The notes under the pieces: model-generated
Database searches by the model: none
What the model was told of the DNA's origin: nothing
The model's input: only the letters and a program-made list of their open reading frames with translations
DNA from: Styela clava
Taxonomy: Eukaryota
Assembly: GCF_964204865.1 (NCBI RefSeq)
Contig: NC_135250.1
Span: 10,912,001 to 10,976,000 of the forward strand
Length of the DNA stretch: 64,000 nucleotides
Reading direction: 5' to 3'
Shown: positions 1 through 13,851 of the stretch, piece by piece
Position numbering within the stretch: the first letter of the stretch is position 1
How the letters are laid out: each line of letters opens with the position of its first letter
Translations under genes and position numbers: made by a program

Positions 1-503
1 TGATCATTTCAAATATTCAATATTTGAAATTTAAACATGAAGCATGGTTAAAATTTATCACTGTATATTTACCGTCAAAACTACCTGAGGTAAATTACAT
101 ACTTCAGCTAATTCATGCTGTTTTTTTAGTATTTTTTTTTTTGTATCGTTAATATTCTATTTTATAATCAATTGAAAAAACATGATTAATTCTCGAGTAT
201 TCTAGTTTTTATTGAAAATAAACTGAAAACGAAAAAAAAGTTTTACACTGTTTCTGGTGAATTTGAGCATAGACTGGTGTAACATGACTGGTGTAAATGA
301 TTTTGTGTAATATTGTGAGAAAAAGTGAACAAATCATTTTCTGGAGAGGTCTCAGGTCATCAATCAGCGTCACATGGGTCCAATATCTAAATCAGATTGG
401 AAAGAGCGGGAAATCAAATTTATAGAGAACTATTGTTGTCAGGAAATAATGCTTTGAAGCAACTCCCATAAAAATTCTATTGGAATCACTCAATTCACTA
501 GAT

Positions 504-1862
504 CAGTGGTTCCCAACCGCCGGTGTCGGTCCGCGAAGCTTTTTTGCCGGTCCGCGAGAAATTTCGTTGTTTTTTATGCGTCTCAATCGCGTTACCGAAG
601 ACGAGGTTGCGTTGGTTTATTACGCAATTCCTCTTCCGCCGTAATATTGCGACATCTTGGCGCCGAGTAATCACACTTTCCGCTTTTTCGGCCCCGATTC
701 ATCGCGATTGCGCTCCGATCGCTTTACCGAAGACGAGGTTGCGTTGGTTTATCACGCAATTTCTCTTTTTCCGTCAAATTGTGACGTCTTTCGCGACATC
801 TTGGCGCCGAGTAAACCCACTTTTTGCTTTTCGGCTTCTATTCATCGCGAATGCGCTCCATCAAATCTCGCAAGTTTCAGAAACCTAAAAATCGGCGAGC
901 GTGCTTTTTCTGTTCTGCGCATTTTTCCTGATTAGTATGACCATCCATATAAAACGTTATGCATATTTTCTTCGTTTAAACTAGAAAACAGTCAAGAACG
1001 GTATAATATTCCAGTAAGATATGAACTTGTTGCGACTCTGCAGATGGTCACGAAACGCGCAAAAATGCATGGGCTGCAGAGATCTTTTCCAGTATTTAGA
1101 GCAGACACAGTAGAATGTCGAGCCTGGTGCCAAGTTAGCGACGACTTTGTCATTGTAATATAAATTCATTTCGTTCGAGGAGTCGATCAACTGCAGAGGT
1201 ATTAATATGATGAACCCGATGAAAAAGAAAAATCTTGATCAAAATTGTGCCTCTACTTTACAATCCAGCTTTAAGAAAGAATCACTGTCACAATTTTGAT
1301 AACGAATACCATCACTAAGAAATCGAGCAATCAAACTGTTGTCCGTATTTTCAATCAGTTACTGCGTTATACGAAAAAACATTTTTTTTACTCACTTCAA
1401 TTGAAACGAAGCAAAGAAATCGGCTGCACGCCATGCACTGCAGAGCTACGTGTTGCAATAACTCATTTGAGGTCTTGTTTGCAATCTTATATTGGAAACG
1501 AAACAGTGGCAAATTTCTCATTAGAGTTAATTGTGTTTGTACGTGATTTTGCATGTACATGTTTTTATGTTTAATGCGTGCCTTTCTTACGCATAAAGGG
1601 TGCCCAGTACTGCATTTTATCACGAAAATAGGTATTATTATTTTATGTTTCACCCATTTCAATTTTTGGCCAGCACATTAATTGATAGTTTTTCTTCGTG
1701 TGAAATTTTTTTAATTGTGCCTTTTTAGTCTAGAATCATATTAAATGCCCGGCATTACAATATATTATAACTGTTCCGGTCATTTCAATTTTTTGCCGGT
1801 CCGCGAGTACATTTAATTTAATTTTACCGGTCCGCCAGGATAGAAAGGTTTGGGAACCACTG
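504..1862. mobile_element. Non-autonomous hAT-type DNA transposon (MITE), 1.36 kb
   Basis: Termini CAGTGGTTCCCAA...TTGGGAACCACTG; perfect 8-bp TSD CACTAGAT at 496-503 and 1863-1870; subterminal CCGGTCCGC repeats; no transposase ORF. Confidence 0.92.
585..860. repeat. Two-copy ~132-bp tandem duplication inside the hAT MITE
   Basis: TTACCGAAGACGAGGTTGCGTTGGTTTAT occurs at 592 and 724; this explains the repeated peptide in ORF 523-888. Confidence 0.85.
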
Positions 1863-2240
1863 CACTAGATGACTCCGCTTGGGCTACATGGAGCAAAGTT
1901 GGTCATGCTGGGGAAAATATTCGCGGAAGCTTACGGTATGTGAAATAATTTTCAATATTAGTGGGTCTTAGAATAAACATTGAGTAGCATACAATAGAAG
2001 TGAGAAAAACTTTTACCAATCAGGGCGACTAAATAGATATAAGCGCTGTCTCTCATCGTTGTAGATTTAGTGTATGCGTTAGCCAATTGACTTGATAACT
2101 TAATTGCCAAACGCCAATATAAACTATCAATGTTAAAGCAGTTATGCATGGCCCATTGATTCAACGCTAAAAGGATCCACTATATATCCATGGCCGATTA
2201 AAAACTGTTTCTCAGGAATACATTTCGACCGACTCAAGAG

Positions 2241-4397
2241 CAGGGGCGGACACTTTCCATAATTTTGGGGGGGCGAACTTGGATCGCCTACCGAAAAACA
2301 CCGCGCCGTGTATCGTCACGTAACAATAACCTGTCGATGTCATTCTCTAAGTATTAGCATGTCAGTTTGCTACTCATATATCGATTACCTAGGCTGCTTT
2401 GCTCGGACACGAAACTTGCGCGTCACTGAACCAATTTCTTGAATTCCGCGAGAATTAGCCCACGGCTCTTGCTAACATACAGAAAATAACAAATTTGAGG
2501 AGTCGTATTAGGTTATTGTTTCAATTCCTAGTTCTGCATAAAGCGCACTAACGCCGTTTCGTGAAATTAGAAATGCAAAACAAAGTAACAAGCTATTGTG
2601 CGAATTTTTTTCCTAAATTTTACCAAGGAATTATCATTTGACTAGTAGAATTGCCATTATTGCCGATTTATTAAATCATCATTTGAACTCGAAATAACAT
2701 TCAGGATTCACGCAATGACTTTGCAGGGTTTTTATTTATAATTTAATACGAAAATAAACAGGCACAAGTTCAGGCGCGCAGCCAGGATTTAAAAAAAAAA
2801 GGCGGGGTCAAAGTCGGAACTTCCCACTGCCGTCTGCAACAAGCACCGCGATTACGCGCTCAATAAAAGAGCCGCCTATTTGAGCGTATAATGATTTTTC
2901 TGTCGATCCATGACAGCCACGAGATTCTAAAATGTCCTTATATATTAAATTGTGTGCAACCTAACTCGCGGTTGCGACTTCTTACGTCAAAATAAAAATA
3001 TTACTAAACTTAAAGTACCACGGCGATATGTGGACATAAAAATATGAGATAAGCTGCCTGATGTATTTAATTTTGATACGTATTTTTGCAATCTTCCGAA
3101 CTCGTTATCGTCGTTACAAAAATCTCGATATCTGATATAAAATCCGATATAGTACAATTTTAATTCATACAATGAAAATAATTATAAGGTATACTAGTAA
3201 ATCAAAAATACAAATACACCGCCTCGAAATCCACGCGGAACAGTCGCCGCGATTACGCCACTTGTTAATTAGAGCCGACTTCATCAACGAAAAATGATTT
3301 TTCACTTGTGCAAAGTAATCAATCAAAGACCGATACGGGCATATTCAAAATGTCTTGATTTATTAATTTAATTGTCTTCAATTTAAACTGCGGTTGAGTC
3401 GACAAAACAAGGGCCACTCTAAAACACGATGGAAAAAACCTTTCCAAAAATCCGTAAATTTTCTGTCAATTCTCACGTAGTAAAAGTTATTTCAGTACAA
3501 TAAAAATACATAAGTAAATACAAAAAGTGATCGAATATACTTATATAGGGATATTATCTTATATATCATCACAAACCGTGGAAAAGTCGCGTTCTCAGCT
3601 TTGTTTAATGTTAACACGAAAATTTTCGACGTCAATTTTAAAGTAATGGATAAAAAGGCAAATCCCGCTCACAATTGACCGTGTTTCGATTTTAGTAACA
3701 AAATATTTTTAAAGGTTAAGCAAACATAATTTGTGCCGTTGGCACACGAAATTTTGCGATTTTCGATGCCTAGAAAAGCGTTTTTAGACTGTCGCGGGCC
3801 TCAAAACTTATATTGTTTACAGTTTTATTTTTAGTATTTTATATTGCCGCTTTTCAACTTTTCGACAAAGTAAATGCTTTGATCTTTGCCCGCAAATTAT
3901 GCTGGGCCTTGCACGAAATCCATAACGTAAAAAGATACGTCCCGCGGTGAAAATTGTTTAAAACAACTTTAGATCTAGTTAATTTTTTAGCGATAATAAT
4001 TAATTGTTGTAATGAAACACAGTTTGCCTCTTTCATTTCTTTCGCAAGTGCCAACAATAACACTATTGAAAGATTTTGACAATGAGAAAATCATATTAAA
4101 TTGTACAAAAATGAGTTAGTTGTGCAAAACCGTGGCGCGTGATCGGCGGTGCGTTTGAAGACGGAGTATTACCCGTGCGGGCGCGCATGTTCCACGAAAA
4201 TGTAAGGTGCTCCGAAGGCGCATTATTGTAAGAAAACAGTTATAATATCGGTAACTATTAACCGTTTAATGGCGCTTGACTATCGCACTTTTCTGAAATG
4301 ATAATTTTGTAGGGCGGAAACAACATGTATTAAATTTTTTTGCGAAATTATTGGGGGGGCGACCGCCCCCCCTCGCCCCCCCGGGTGTCCGCCCCTG
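2241..4397. mobile_element. Non-autonomous hAT-type DNA transposon, 2.16 kb
   Basis: 13-bp perfect TIR CAGGGGCGGACAC/GTGTCCGCCCCTG; perfect 8-bp TSD CTCAAGAG (2233-2240 and 4398-4405); G/C-run subterminal motifs. Confidence 0.93.
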
Positions 4398-4650
4398 CTC
4401 AAGAGCTCTGAACAAAGCTGGTGTTTTTTTTATTATCAGTTTACATGAAACACTTTGGAAATGACAATTAAAATGTATATGGCTTTTAAAACTTTATCAA
4501 AATACTACAATCATGAGAAATATGACAATTTAGGTTTTATTATACATTATACATTATTACATTATTATACATTCTGACTGATTCAAGAGCTATGAACAAA
4601 GTTGGTGTTATTTGTATTATGCGTTTGAATAATATATATGTATATATCAT

Positions 4651-4920
4651 TACTTATCGATCGATCGGTAAGTATGTTGATAGGCATTTGCCTGTCTGTC
4701 TGTTTGTTTGTCTGTTAGATGAACGCGATATCTCACGGAGGCGAGGTTGAATCTGCTCCAAATTTTGCATGTGAATTCATCATCTCTCGGATATTGGAGC
4801 CTATTGATTTTGGATGAATTATGTCGTATAATTAGCGAGTTATTAATCAATTAGTGATGGGACACTCGGTGTCACTATAGAGTCATTAATCGAAACCGCA
4901 GTTTCGATCGATAAGTCTAT
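4651..4920. mobile_element. Short interspersed repeat, Helentron/HINE(DINE-1)-like
   Basis: Terminal palindrome TACTTATCGATCGATCGGTAAGTA, (GTCT/GTTT)n microsatellite and matching CGATCGATAAGT at the 3' end; a related inverted fragment lies at ~18640-18750. The family assignment rests on architecture only. Confidence 0.5.
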
Positions 4921-4991
4921 TTATCATGTTTTTATTCAATCGTTTATGTATGTTTTTCTTATCAATGACGAAAGATATTACAATGTTGTTG

Positions 4992-6953
4992 CTAATTTCC
5001 TTTCTGTAGATACTTGCGTCTGACACATTTAGTCTTCCAGGTGATTCTCGGCAATTCACCATACTCCGAAAATTTGTCCCAAACTTTTGCAATGATTTTG
5101 CCTCCAGGATTTTGTTTGGTAAATTTGACCCATCCAAATACTGACAAAAAAATGTATATTATTTCAAAGTAAAAACATCTTCTTGTATAAGATTGTATCT
5201 ATATATTCAGATTTTGAAATATTACAATCAGGTATATATATATTATAAACAAAACTTTTGCTGTTTACTCACCGGATCCAGGGATGCAAGCTGCCGCGGC
5301 CAAGTAAGTTTCATAATCAGTAAAGAAATAGAACTTCAATTGGAGCATCTGATTCAAAACTGCATGAAATATAAAAAGAAACATTTTAAGAATTCAGATC
5401 ATTACGTCATTTTTACTGATTTTTGAAATCAATTTTTCTTATCCTGTCAGGATAAGCTTGCATCTTAGTCTCACACTTTATGTAATTGTTTCAATGTTTG
5501 TTCAGTAATTCTTCGTTTATTCAAAAAATTTGAAAGGCAGCAGAAATGAGCCTGAAAATAAATTAGTTTACTTACAGTATTGGAATTGCTCGTCAGACGA
5601 TGGCATCATAGTGTTGGTAGCAGTTTGGCCTTTCTTCAGAAATGAGAAGTCTAATAGAATATCAATGAGAGCAATGCTTAAACATATTACCGTGATATTC
5701 CAATATATATGCGACACTCGAATCCGTTATCTGGGCATTCGAAAGCGTTAAGTCGAAATTGCAAATCGAACCACACCGCCGTAAAATCCACATCGATACA
5801 AATACCGACCATACCCGAGCAGTGACCATCGGTTTGTCGGAAAGATATCTTAGATATTGTCGCAATATTCGTTGAAATTGCAAAATGTTGGGTGAAATAT
5901 AGAGCCCCATAAAACTCCATATATAAACCTCGTAGAAAATAATAACAAAATAGCCTTGATCCATTGGTCAATATTGGTTCATTAATCAATATGTACATTT
6001 CGTGTTCCATAATTTGTCTCGGGTGTTTGTGATAATGTAGAAGGAAATTGCTTGCATAAATGTTCTCTAATGCGAATCAAGGTAATGGAAAATGTAACAA
6101 AACTCACCATTTTTCGAACTTAAACTATATGTACCATTTCCAGTATAAACGTAGCGAGCATTCATCGTTGATTCACCTGGCATTCTTTCAAAACAAAAAG
6201 AGTATTATTCAATAGGAAAAAAAAGTATTAATATTCAAGGAAGAATTTATAACTCTCAGAAAATCATTATACTTATATCTACCCTTCTATATATTTATGC
6301 ACTTCAGAAATGAAGCCATCATCCGTCACTCGAATATTCTTCCAGTTGTAACAGTCAAAAGGAGTTGTTGGTGTCGGTATATCAATGACGTCGTAAAAGG
6401 TCTTCTTTTTCTTTGCGAGCTTAAGTAAACCGAGATTTTGTAACAATACGTTAAAAACATCTTCGATTATGTTTTTATTGTAACTAAAATTAGTATTCTA
6501 AAATTCATTGGTCCTATATTATGCGTTACACCTAAGTACAACCTCTCGAAGTGGAATACATTTCAAATCGCCTGGTAAATCATGGGGGTGTATTAGGCAC
6601 CCAATTTCGAAGCTTGACTTAAAATAAAATTGTACGAAATTGTTTCATCTTCTACCTTGTATTGCTTTACTTACACAACGCTTAAGACTACAATTACAAC
6701 AAGCCAACTTTATCTTGAGATATACAGGCATTTCACAGGCGAGAAACACGTCCAAAGATTAGTTATATTAACGTACAAACACGCATTTTGAAAATATATT
6801 TTCAAAACTATAAGGTAATATGTTATATCTACAAACCTTTGTCCAATCGATTTCTTCTCCTGCTTTTCCATGCGGACAAATTTTGGTTTCAATTACGCCA
6901 ATAGTAACAATAAAAATCACAACTATTTTTATGATAGTTATCGAAGTATTCAT
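4992..6953 (-). CDS. Secreted lipocalin-like protein A (6 exons, ~213 aa)
   Basis: Exons 6953-6837, 6419-6283, 6184-6108, 5650-5576, 5359-5273, 5140-4992; all GT-AG, phases 0-2-1-1-1, open throughout. Signal peptide MNTSITIIKIVVIFIVTIG; SCR1-like IDWTKLAKKKKTFYDVI; SCR2-like FFTDYETY; 4 Cys including C-terminal TKC. Exon-for-exon paralogue at 7808-10881. Confidence 0.8.
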
Positions 6954-7807
6954 TTTGCCGAAATCTATACTCGAAAATTTGAAATATATACTATAAGTAT
7001 ACTTTGAAGTATATACTGTATTGGTGTATCGCTTTATGTTAAAGTCTGCTTAGTCGGATAAAAATTATAACATTAATTAAGTTGATACAGCAAGAACCAA
7101 ATAAAGACTTCGCTTGGCTGCGTTGTCTAGTAAGTAGACAAATATCAACCCTATTTAGTTATTATCGTTATTTATTTAATTTTTTATTTCGTTAGACTGT
7201 AACAATTTCTATCGACACAAATAAAGAAAGTGTGCACTTTACAAGAGATCCTGCGAAAAGAAAGTCTTCCTTTCACGTCTTTCCCCAGATTCATTATCAG
7301 CGCTATCGTATTTGCAATGCAATAACGCCGTACAAATTTTTTTTTCTCCGTACCGACTATTCTGAAGGATTGCTGCTGACGATAGCCTTAGGCGAACGGG
7401 TATCGATTTCAAAAATTTATTGGTGATGGTAACTAGATACCAGCTCATACTTGACCTTTGCTACGAACTCGAACCGCTTAAGCCAAACTCACCTTTTTTT
7501 TAATATACCATCGATACCATTCCCAAAACATGAAAATAATTAGGCTTGATTCGTCAAATAAATTTGGTTTATTTTTATACAATTGTACGCTTTATATTTT
7601 TAACGACTAAATTCACAATGAAAAATATAGAAGCCTGTGTGATAGCATAAGACAAAGCCACACAAAAAATTTTACCTTCGCTTAATGCTAAATAAACCAT
7701 TATTTAAACTTTTTCGTGTGTATAGTGCTTTATATCAAAATTTAAACATTAAACTTTTATTAATTTCAATTATTTCTAACAACAACAGATTACATGTTTT
7801 TTCTATC

Positions 7808-10800
7808 TTAGTATTCTCTTTTCGTACATTTCGTCTTCCAAGTGATTCTTGATATACCACCAATTTCGGAAAATTTACTCCAAGCTTTTGCAACCATTTC
7901 CCCATCAGGAACAGGCTTGCTAAATTTCACCCATCCAATTGTGCCTAGAAAAGTGAAGATTTGATGAGTTTTAGTGATCTCGAGTCACAAAGAAATGAGA
8001 CACGAAAACCCAAAATGATTTTTCTACTTCGTTTATTTTTTGTAATACTTGGATTGGCTTATAAGCTGGATTGGATATCTTGACAAAGATCTCTAACCAC
8101 CATGCGAAACAAAGTCTACTTGTTTTCTCATGTAAAGAAAACCAAAAACGAAAAACTGTTCTCGAATGAGGCCGATTAGTCGACAAAATAAACGGATGAA
8201 ACGGTACGTCTATACTCTTTGTATTGAGACTTAATAGATATTTATATGAACCTACTGAAAGTATCATACTCCCTATATGTACTCAATTTTCGATATTGCT
8301 ACTTACCCAATTCAGGTACGCAGGAAACAATGAGAAAATAATTTTCATAGTCTGTAAAGAAGTGAAATCTCAAGTAGTACATTCCATTCACAACTGCAAA
8401 ATAATGAAAGAGAATTTTTGAAAACATATTTGGTTAATTTTCTGTTCTGTGTTTACCAGTGTTTGAGAAATGTTAATAGGACAATAATGAATTTTTACAA
8501 AACTTCTCGTTGTACCGTTAAATAAAGTTATCAGAGTATCGTTAGATTTTTGTAGTATTCATATAGAATTTTGCTGTGCTGTGTTATTTTACATACCAAG
8601 ATCGGCTATAGACATAGCTGGTCAAGATCATATTTTGGTATTAGAATCGGTATTGACTTTTGCGTCTCATATCGAATACATTAAATTTTAGTTTGTGTAG
8701 TGGATGCTTAATATATATATCAGTTTTTTACAATATTTCACACCGACAGCTGAAAACGTTATACAAAAAAAAAATTGCTAAAAAATCAATATCTCAACAC
8801 TACTCACATTGGTCGAATTCTTCAAGCATAGCCGGAGTTGAAATATGAGAGAGAACTTTTCTACTCTTTTTCAGAAACGAGTGCTCTGTGAACGACAAAA
8901 TATTTCTTGATATATGTAAGACAATCATAATCCATACGATCTTAACTTTTCAAAAATATATTTCAAATATATATTCTGAATTAAACATTTTGAATTGATA
9001 TGCGATTGATAAATATTTCTTTTTATTTGCGTCTCAAAACTAAACAAAAAATAGATTGAGTCGTGGCAAACTTACAAAAAGTCAATTAAATCAAAATTAT
9101 CGTGTCAATTTGTCTACGTGAGTAAAGCTTTCTTCGAAATAAAAGCATAGATAACTTTTCCATGGGAATATTTTGTTTTCCTAAAAGACGGACGCTGATA
9201 CGTTTGAAGCGACAACAATATACTTGCAAACATTTAATAGTGCTTCAGATCAGTGTTTCCTAACCTTTTTTCAAGCGACCCGAATTCAAAAAAAAAAATT
9301 GTGAAAACTCACGACACAAAAATATTTTGAAATCCAACACGGCATGTAGTGCTTGCATGGAGTCAAATTAAACTACCATATGATATACATACAAAACAAT
9401 GATTTTTTTGCATATATTTCTTCTACGAGAAACTGCTTCAAAGTAAGAACACTTTCGCTTTTTATCAACAAGTTTTTGAAATCGTGGCGTGGTTTTTAAT
9501 CTTTGATATAATATAATTTACAATTACTGTACTATTGAGCAACACTCCAATACAAAATGAAAAATAAACAATAAAATCTACTAGTAAATGAAATCAATAA
9601 CTTTCAAGTTTTTTGTTGTAAAAACAAATGGCTCAGAAGTATTTTCAGGCGACCCAGTTTTGGAAACCTTTTGTACTTCACGAATTGCCATAAGAACTTC
9701 CAAGAAGTTTTGTGTAGTATTTGTGTGTAGACAAGTATAAGAAAAAACTTACTATTTTTTTCGCTTATTCTGTAGGTTCCGTTCTCAACGCGAATGTAAT
9801 GTGTATACAGGGTTTGTTCTTCTGACGCTCTGAAAAAATATCATTTCCATGTTATTAAGTTGAAATCTAAATACATGCTATGGCTAATTCAACGACTGGA
9901 TCGCTGTTTAAATAGTTTAACTTAAAATAGATATTTTATCAAGATGTAGTAAAATTGTGACAGTGCGCGTGTAAAACCTTATTCGTAACGAATGTTTGAA
10001 AGCAAGCCTTACAAATTTAGGAGTGTAAATAACACTAGGTCAATTATACTAGAAAGTACCACAAGACTTGTCAATTAAACATTGATTATTATATGACCAA
10101 GAGAACTGTACAATTGTACAGCGTATAAAAATACTGACCCTTCAACATAAGCATGCACATCCACTATGATACCGTCAGATACGACATGCAGTTTTCCCCA
10201 ATTGAAACAGTCAATCGGCAGTGCCGGTGCCGGTATTTCAATAACATCGTACCACAGTTTTATTTTTGACAGCTGGATATGGAAAAACAAAAATATAACG
10301 AGTTATGATGTTTTTTTGCTTTATGACCGTGAATTTATCTTTACGTTCTCCTCGGGATGTTTTTCATTTAAGCCATTATTTTCTACAGTACGAATCCACG
10401 TTTGCCATCCTTCACAAAAAATCATTTCTCGTAGCTCAAGCTCTCAAACGTGATATAAACATCGCTTAGGTACATCGCTTAGTCCACGTTTGCCATTTTT
10501 AACCAAAAAGTCATTTCTCATAGTCATAGCTCAAGCTCGCAAACGTGATACAAACATCGCTTAGGTACTGTTAAAAATGATTTTATCCAATTTTCCAGCC
10601 ACTGTCGCTAGCGAGCAACAACTGTTTTGTATCTTTCGTGGTGTTCGTTGGTAAGTGAGATTTATAAGTTTGTAAAGTACAAAAGTTTTCGCTCAACTAT
10701 GTTCATGAATTCTTCTATTGCATATGGATTAGTTAATTTGTAAAAAAAAATAATTGTTTTTTCTTACCCTCGTCCAGTCAAGCTGCTGCTCAGCAATTCC

Positions 10801-10881
10801 ATCGGAACATGTTTGACATGTCCCTGATTTGATGCATATTGCTGCTAATATTAAGAATAGAATGAAACTATTTCTGGCCAT
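7808..10881 (-). CDS. Secreted lipocalin-like protein B (6 exons, ~208 aa)
   Basis: Exons 10881-10768, 10272-10139, 9829-9753, 8885-8808, 8393-8307, 7944-7808; same phases as gene A. Signal peptide MARNSFILFLILAAICIKSG; LDWTRLSKIKLWYDVI; FFTDYENY; RITWKTKC. Confidence 0.8.
9251..9668. mobile_element. Degenerate hAT-like MITE in intron 3 of lipocalin B
   Basis: 5' end CAGTGTTTCCTAACC..GCGACCC; 3' GCGACCCAGTTTTGGAAAC is a decayed inverted terminus; no TSD recognisable. Confidence 0.45.
10396..10568. repeat. Two-copy ~86-bp tandem duplication (intron 1 of lipocalin B)
   Basis: TCCACGTTTGCCAT...AAACATCGCTTAGGTAC occurs twice in tandem. Confidence 0.8.
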
Positions 10882-10957
10882 TCTTTATATCTTCTGCGTC
10901 AAATTGTCCAGTGTTTTCTACTGAGAACAACTCTTCAATATGGAAAAGATTTTAGAA

Positions 10958-10965
10958 TTTTTATA
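10958..10965 (-). promoter_or_regulatory. Candidate TATA box of lipocalin B
   Basis: TATAAAAA on the minus strand ~80 bp upstream of the ATG at 10881; the AT-rich background makes this weak. Confidence 0.3.
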
Positions 10966-13129
10966 GTCGCTGTTATAACAATGTGACTTTTATGAATTTA
11001 GTCTTTCAATAGATTAATAATCATAGTTCACAGTTATTACCAATTCATTTTCGCGTTTCAGACTTACTTTTTATTTAAATAATATAACAAGATATTGGTT
11101 AAAAACTCTAATTAAATGTTATTGTTCGGAAAATAGAGGCTTTATCACAAAAAAAGTTATCACACAGTTCAATAATGTGCCATACATTTCGCAAACAATG
11201 CAAAATATATATTTCCTAAAAAAAATAGAAAATCATAAAATTTGGCCATAGTTGAATTTGTACTTAACACTAATACTTGTTAATTAAAGAATTGCATAAT
11301 TAGCTGATCTCCTAAAAATTCTTGTCATAAATAATTGACTTTCTAATCGCAAGAAACCCTTTGTTTGCTGTCAAGAGAAATCAAGAGTGAACAAAAACCT
11401 GTGAAACTGTCTGTGCATCTATTTCGTTGTTCTCTTATATATATACCTTTTGCTGGATGCTCTACTACGCATAGTCATTATTATTCAGCATATCAATTTT
11501 GGGCGGGTGCAAAATGAACAGAAAAGTGAAAAATCAGCTTATTTAGGTATATAAATACAAGAGATAACGGCGTAAAACTGTCAAAATAAAAATTTGTAAA
11601 TTTATTGTAGAAAGTCGTACTCAGCCTACATCATGTATGTTACATGTTGACTGTAATAACATAAGATATCCGTTGAGCTTTTCTCCGGCAGGAACTTGAT
11701 AGTTCAACTACCGACAAGATAGCTGCCTGAAAAATAATTACTTAGCGACATCATTTATTATAAAAAGAATATAAAATTTCAACAACTTTTATTCGTTGTA
11801 GCTGTACAACAGAAACATTTCTGCATGTCAACGGGGCACTAAGGTAAGTATATGTTTCGCGCCTAGCGCCTTTGGCCACTTGTCTATGTGGTGAGTGTAT
11901 TGAATTGAAAATCTTTCGAATTTTAAAATAAAAATCACATTGGTTTTACGCTTCATATTTTATACAAGTGATGCAAAAATACTTTAATATTGTAATTCAA
12001 ATATCTCTTTTACATATATATAACAATAATCTGCTTCGCAAATCCATTTCATCTGTCCCATCTATACTCTGTACCAGATAAAAACATGTTTTGGATTCGA
12101 GAATAGGAAGCATTATCGATGAATTTATTAAATGATATTTATCATTTTTCTTTATTTCGTTTGCTTACGAGATGGTATAAAAATAAACGTACTTACTTGG
12201 CGATGCCTTATCTGATGAAGTCATGTTAACGACGTTGGAAAGAGTGAGTCACTTAAATCTGCATTTCCAAAACATTCCACCCATTTGTATGTATATATAG
12301 AGCGCCTAAATATAAAATGCAAATGTTACATCTGGCAGGTTTAAAAAATGATCTTTGGACCGACAAAGATAACATCGTATCGGATCAGCAATATTTACGA
12401 AATTCATTGTCTTATTTAGTAAATGTTTGTCTTAGATTATTATGTAAAACGTAATCTTCCGATTTTAAACCTGAGTTCAATATAAAACTGTAAATACCGA
12501 GGGCGTATACCAAAAGTGATAAATAATGAATCTGTTGATGTAATGAAAATATAAATTTTTTAAAGAAAAAATGTCTAAATTTATTTTTATTTTTTTTCTC
12601 AAACGCTATTCTAAAATAATATTAGAAATTTGGGTTATGAGATAATTTTTCATGCCATATTCTCATATATATATTGGAAAAAAATTATGAACGTTTTTTT
12701 TTTCGAGATCGCCAGCAAAAATTGAAGATTGTAAACAGTTTTCCAACCATAATGTTGTTTAGGGTCATCTTATCTTTATTGTGAACGTCAATAACAAGCC
12801 GGGATACTCAATTATATATATACGAGTATATCGTAAATATTGTTCATTTTACCAGCCATGTAGTAAAAAGTAATAGTCAGACTTTACAATTTACGACAGT
12901 TATTTGGGAAAAATAAAATTTGATAAGCAGACGAAATTTTCAATAAAATTTCAGGTTCTACTATAGCGTAAGGTCGACCGCTATATGTCACACATCAGAC
13001 GCAGGTCTACCGCGCTGAGGTTAGTTTGATCTTGATTATTTTTGCATGAGGATGGCGAATAAGAATTCTACGTGAGTAACAACGCTAATTCAGTGCAGGC
13101 GATCTTTCTGACATCTATTACGTCAGACG

Positions 13130-13430
13130 CGTTATTGGACACAAAATGGACATATGGATCGTTTGTTATTATTATTATTGTACACAAAATGGACCTTTGA
13201 ATCGTTTTGTTATTATGTTGTTGTTCTTCTTGGTATTTTTCTTCTTATCATTATGCAAAAAAATCGCCTTTCTTATTTACTACTAAACCAATTGCTTTAA
13301 AATTTTCAGTGGTTAAAGATTATATTTTTTGCTAGAGGTCTAATAATTTTATTTATTTCAAAAATTTCTGTGGTCTCCATGGGATTCAGTTTACTGTGCG
13401 ATAACGTCATCAAATTAAAAAATTGCGCTC
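13130..13430. repeat. Dispersed repeat family with (TTG/TTC/TTA)n tract
   Basis: Core AAATCGC(C)TTT..TACT..ACCAATTGCTTTAAAATTTTCAGT recurs at ~32755-32950, ~41490-41720 and ~48300-48550; an inverted 5' fragment lies at ~62140-62250. Confidence 0.65.
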
Positions 13431-13749
13431 TCTGTGCAGGGTTGCCATATTGGCTTTTTCAAGGCCAAATTTGCCATTTTTGTCTTTTTTCAAACATGTT
13501 TGACGTCAGAACTTCCGTTTGGCTTGTTGGCTTTTTTCTTAGTTTTTTTAAGTCTCTTTTAGTGTCTATTATTAAAATCATATGATTTCCTTGTTTATTA
13601 CCTTAACGATTAACCATAACCAATCACAAATAATTGCAGTTTCTGCAGCCGATCAGACAGATGTTCAAGAAGGATTGTAAACATTGCCTCGTTTTTATAG
13701 TTTTGCGTGTTATTTGTCGGTTTTTAGTTGCAGTAATAAAAATTTGGGG

Positions 13750-13851
13750 CTCCCAAAGTATGTGCACCAAGATGGCGCACAACCTGAACCCTAACCTGGT
13801 AAACATACTATGTTCAGGTTGTGCGCCATCTTGGTGCACATACTTCGGGAG
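13750..13851. mobile_element. ~100-bp palindromic MITE, copy 1
   Basis: Arms CTCCCAAAGTATGTGCACCAAGATGGCGCACAACCTGAAC / GTTCAGGTTGTGCGCCATCTTGGTGCACATACTTCGGGAG; other copies at 14619-14720 and 54809-54910. Confidence 0.85.

Noticed and set aside
523-935. ORFs 523-888 and 657-935 with an internal peptide repeat
   Set aside because: They lie within a TSD-bounded MITE and simply reflect a 132-bp tandem DNA duplication.
981-1190. Minus-strand 69-aa ORF inside the first MITE (captured exon?)
   Set aside because: No recognisable motif or partner exons.
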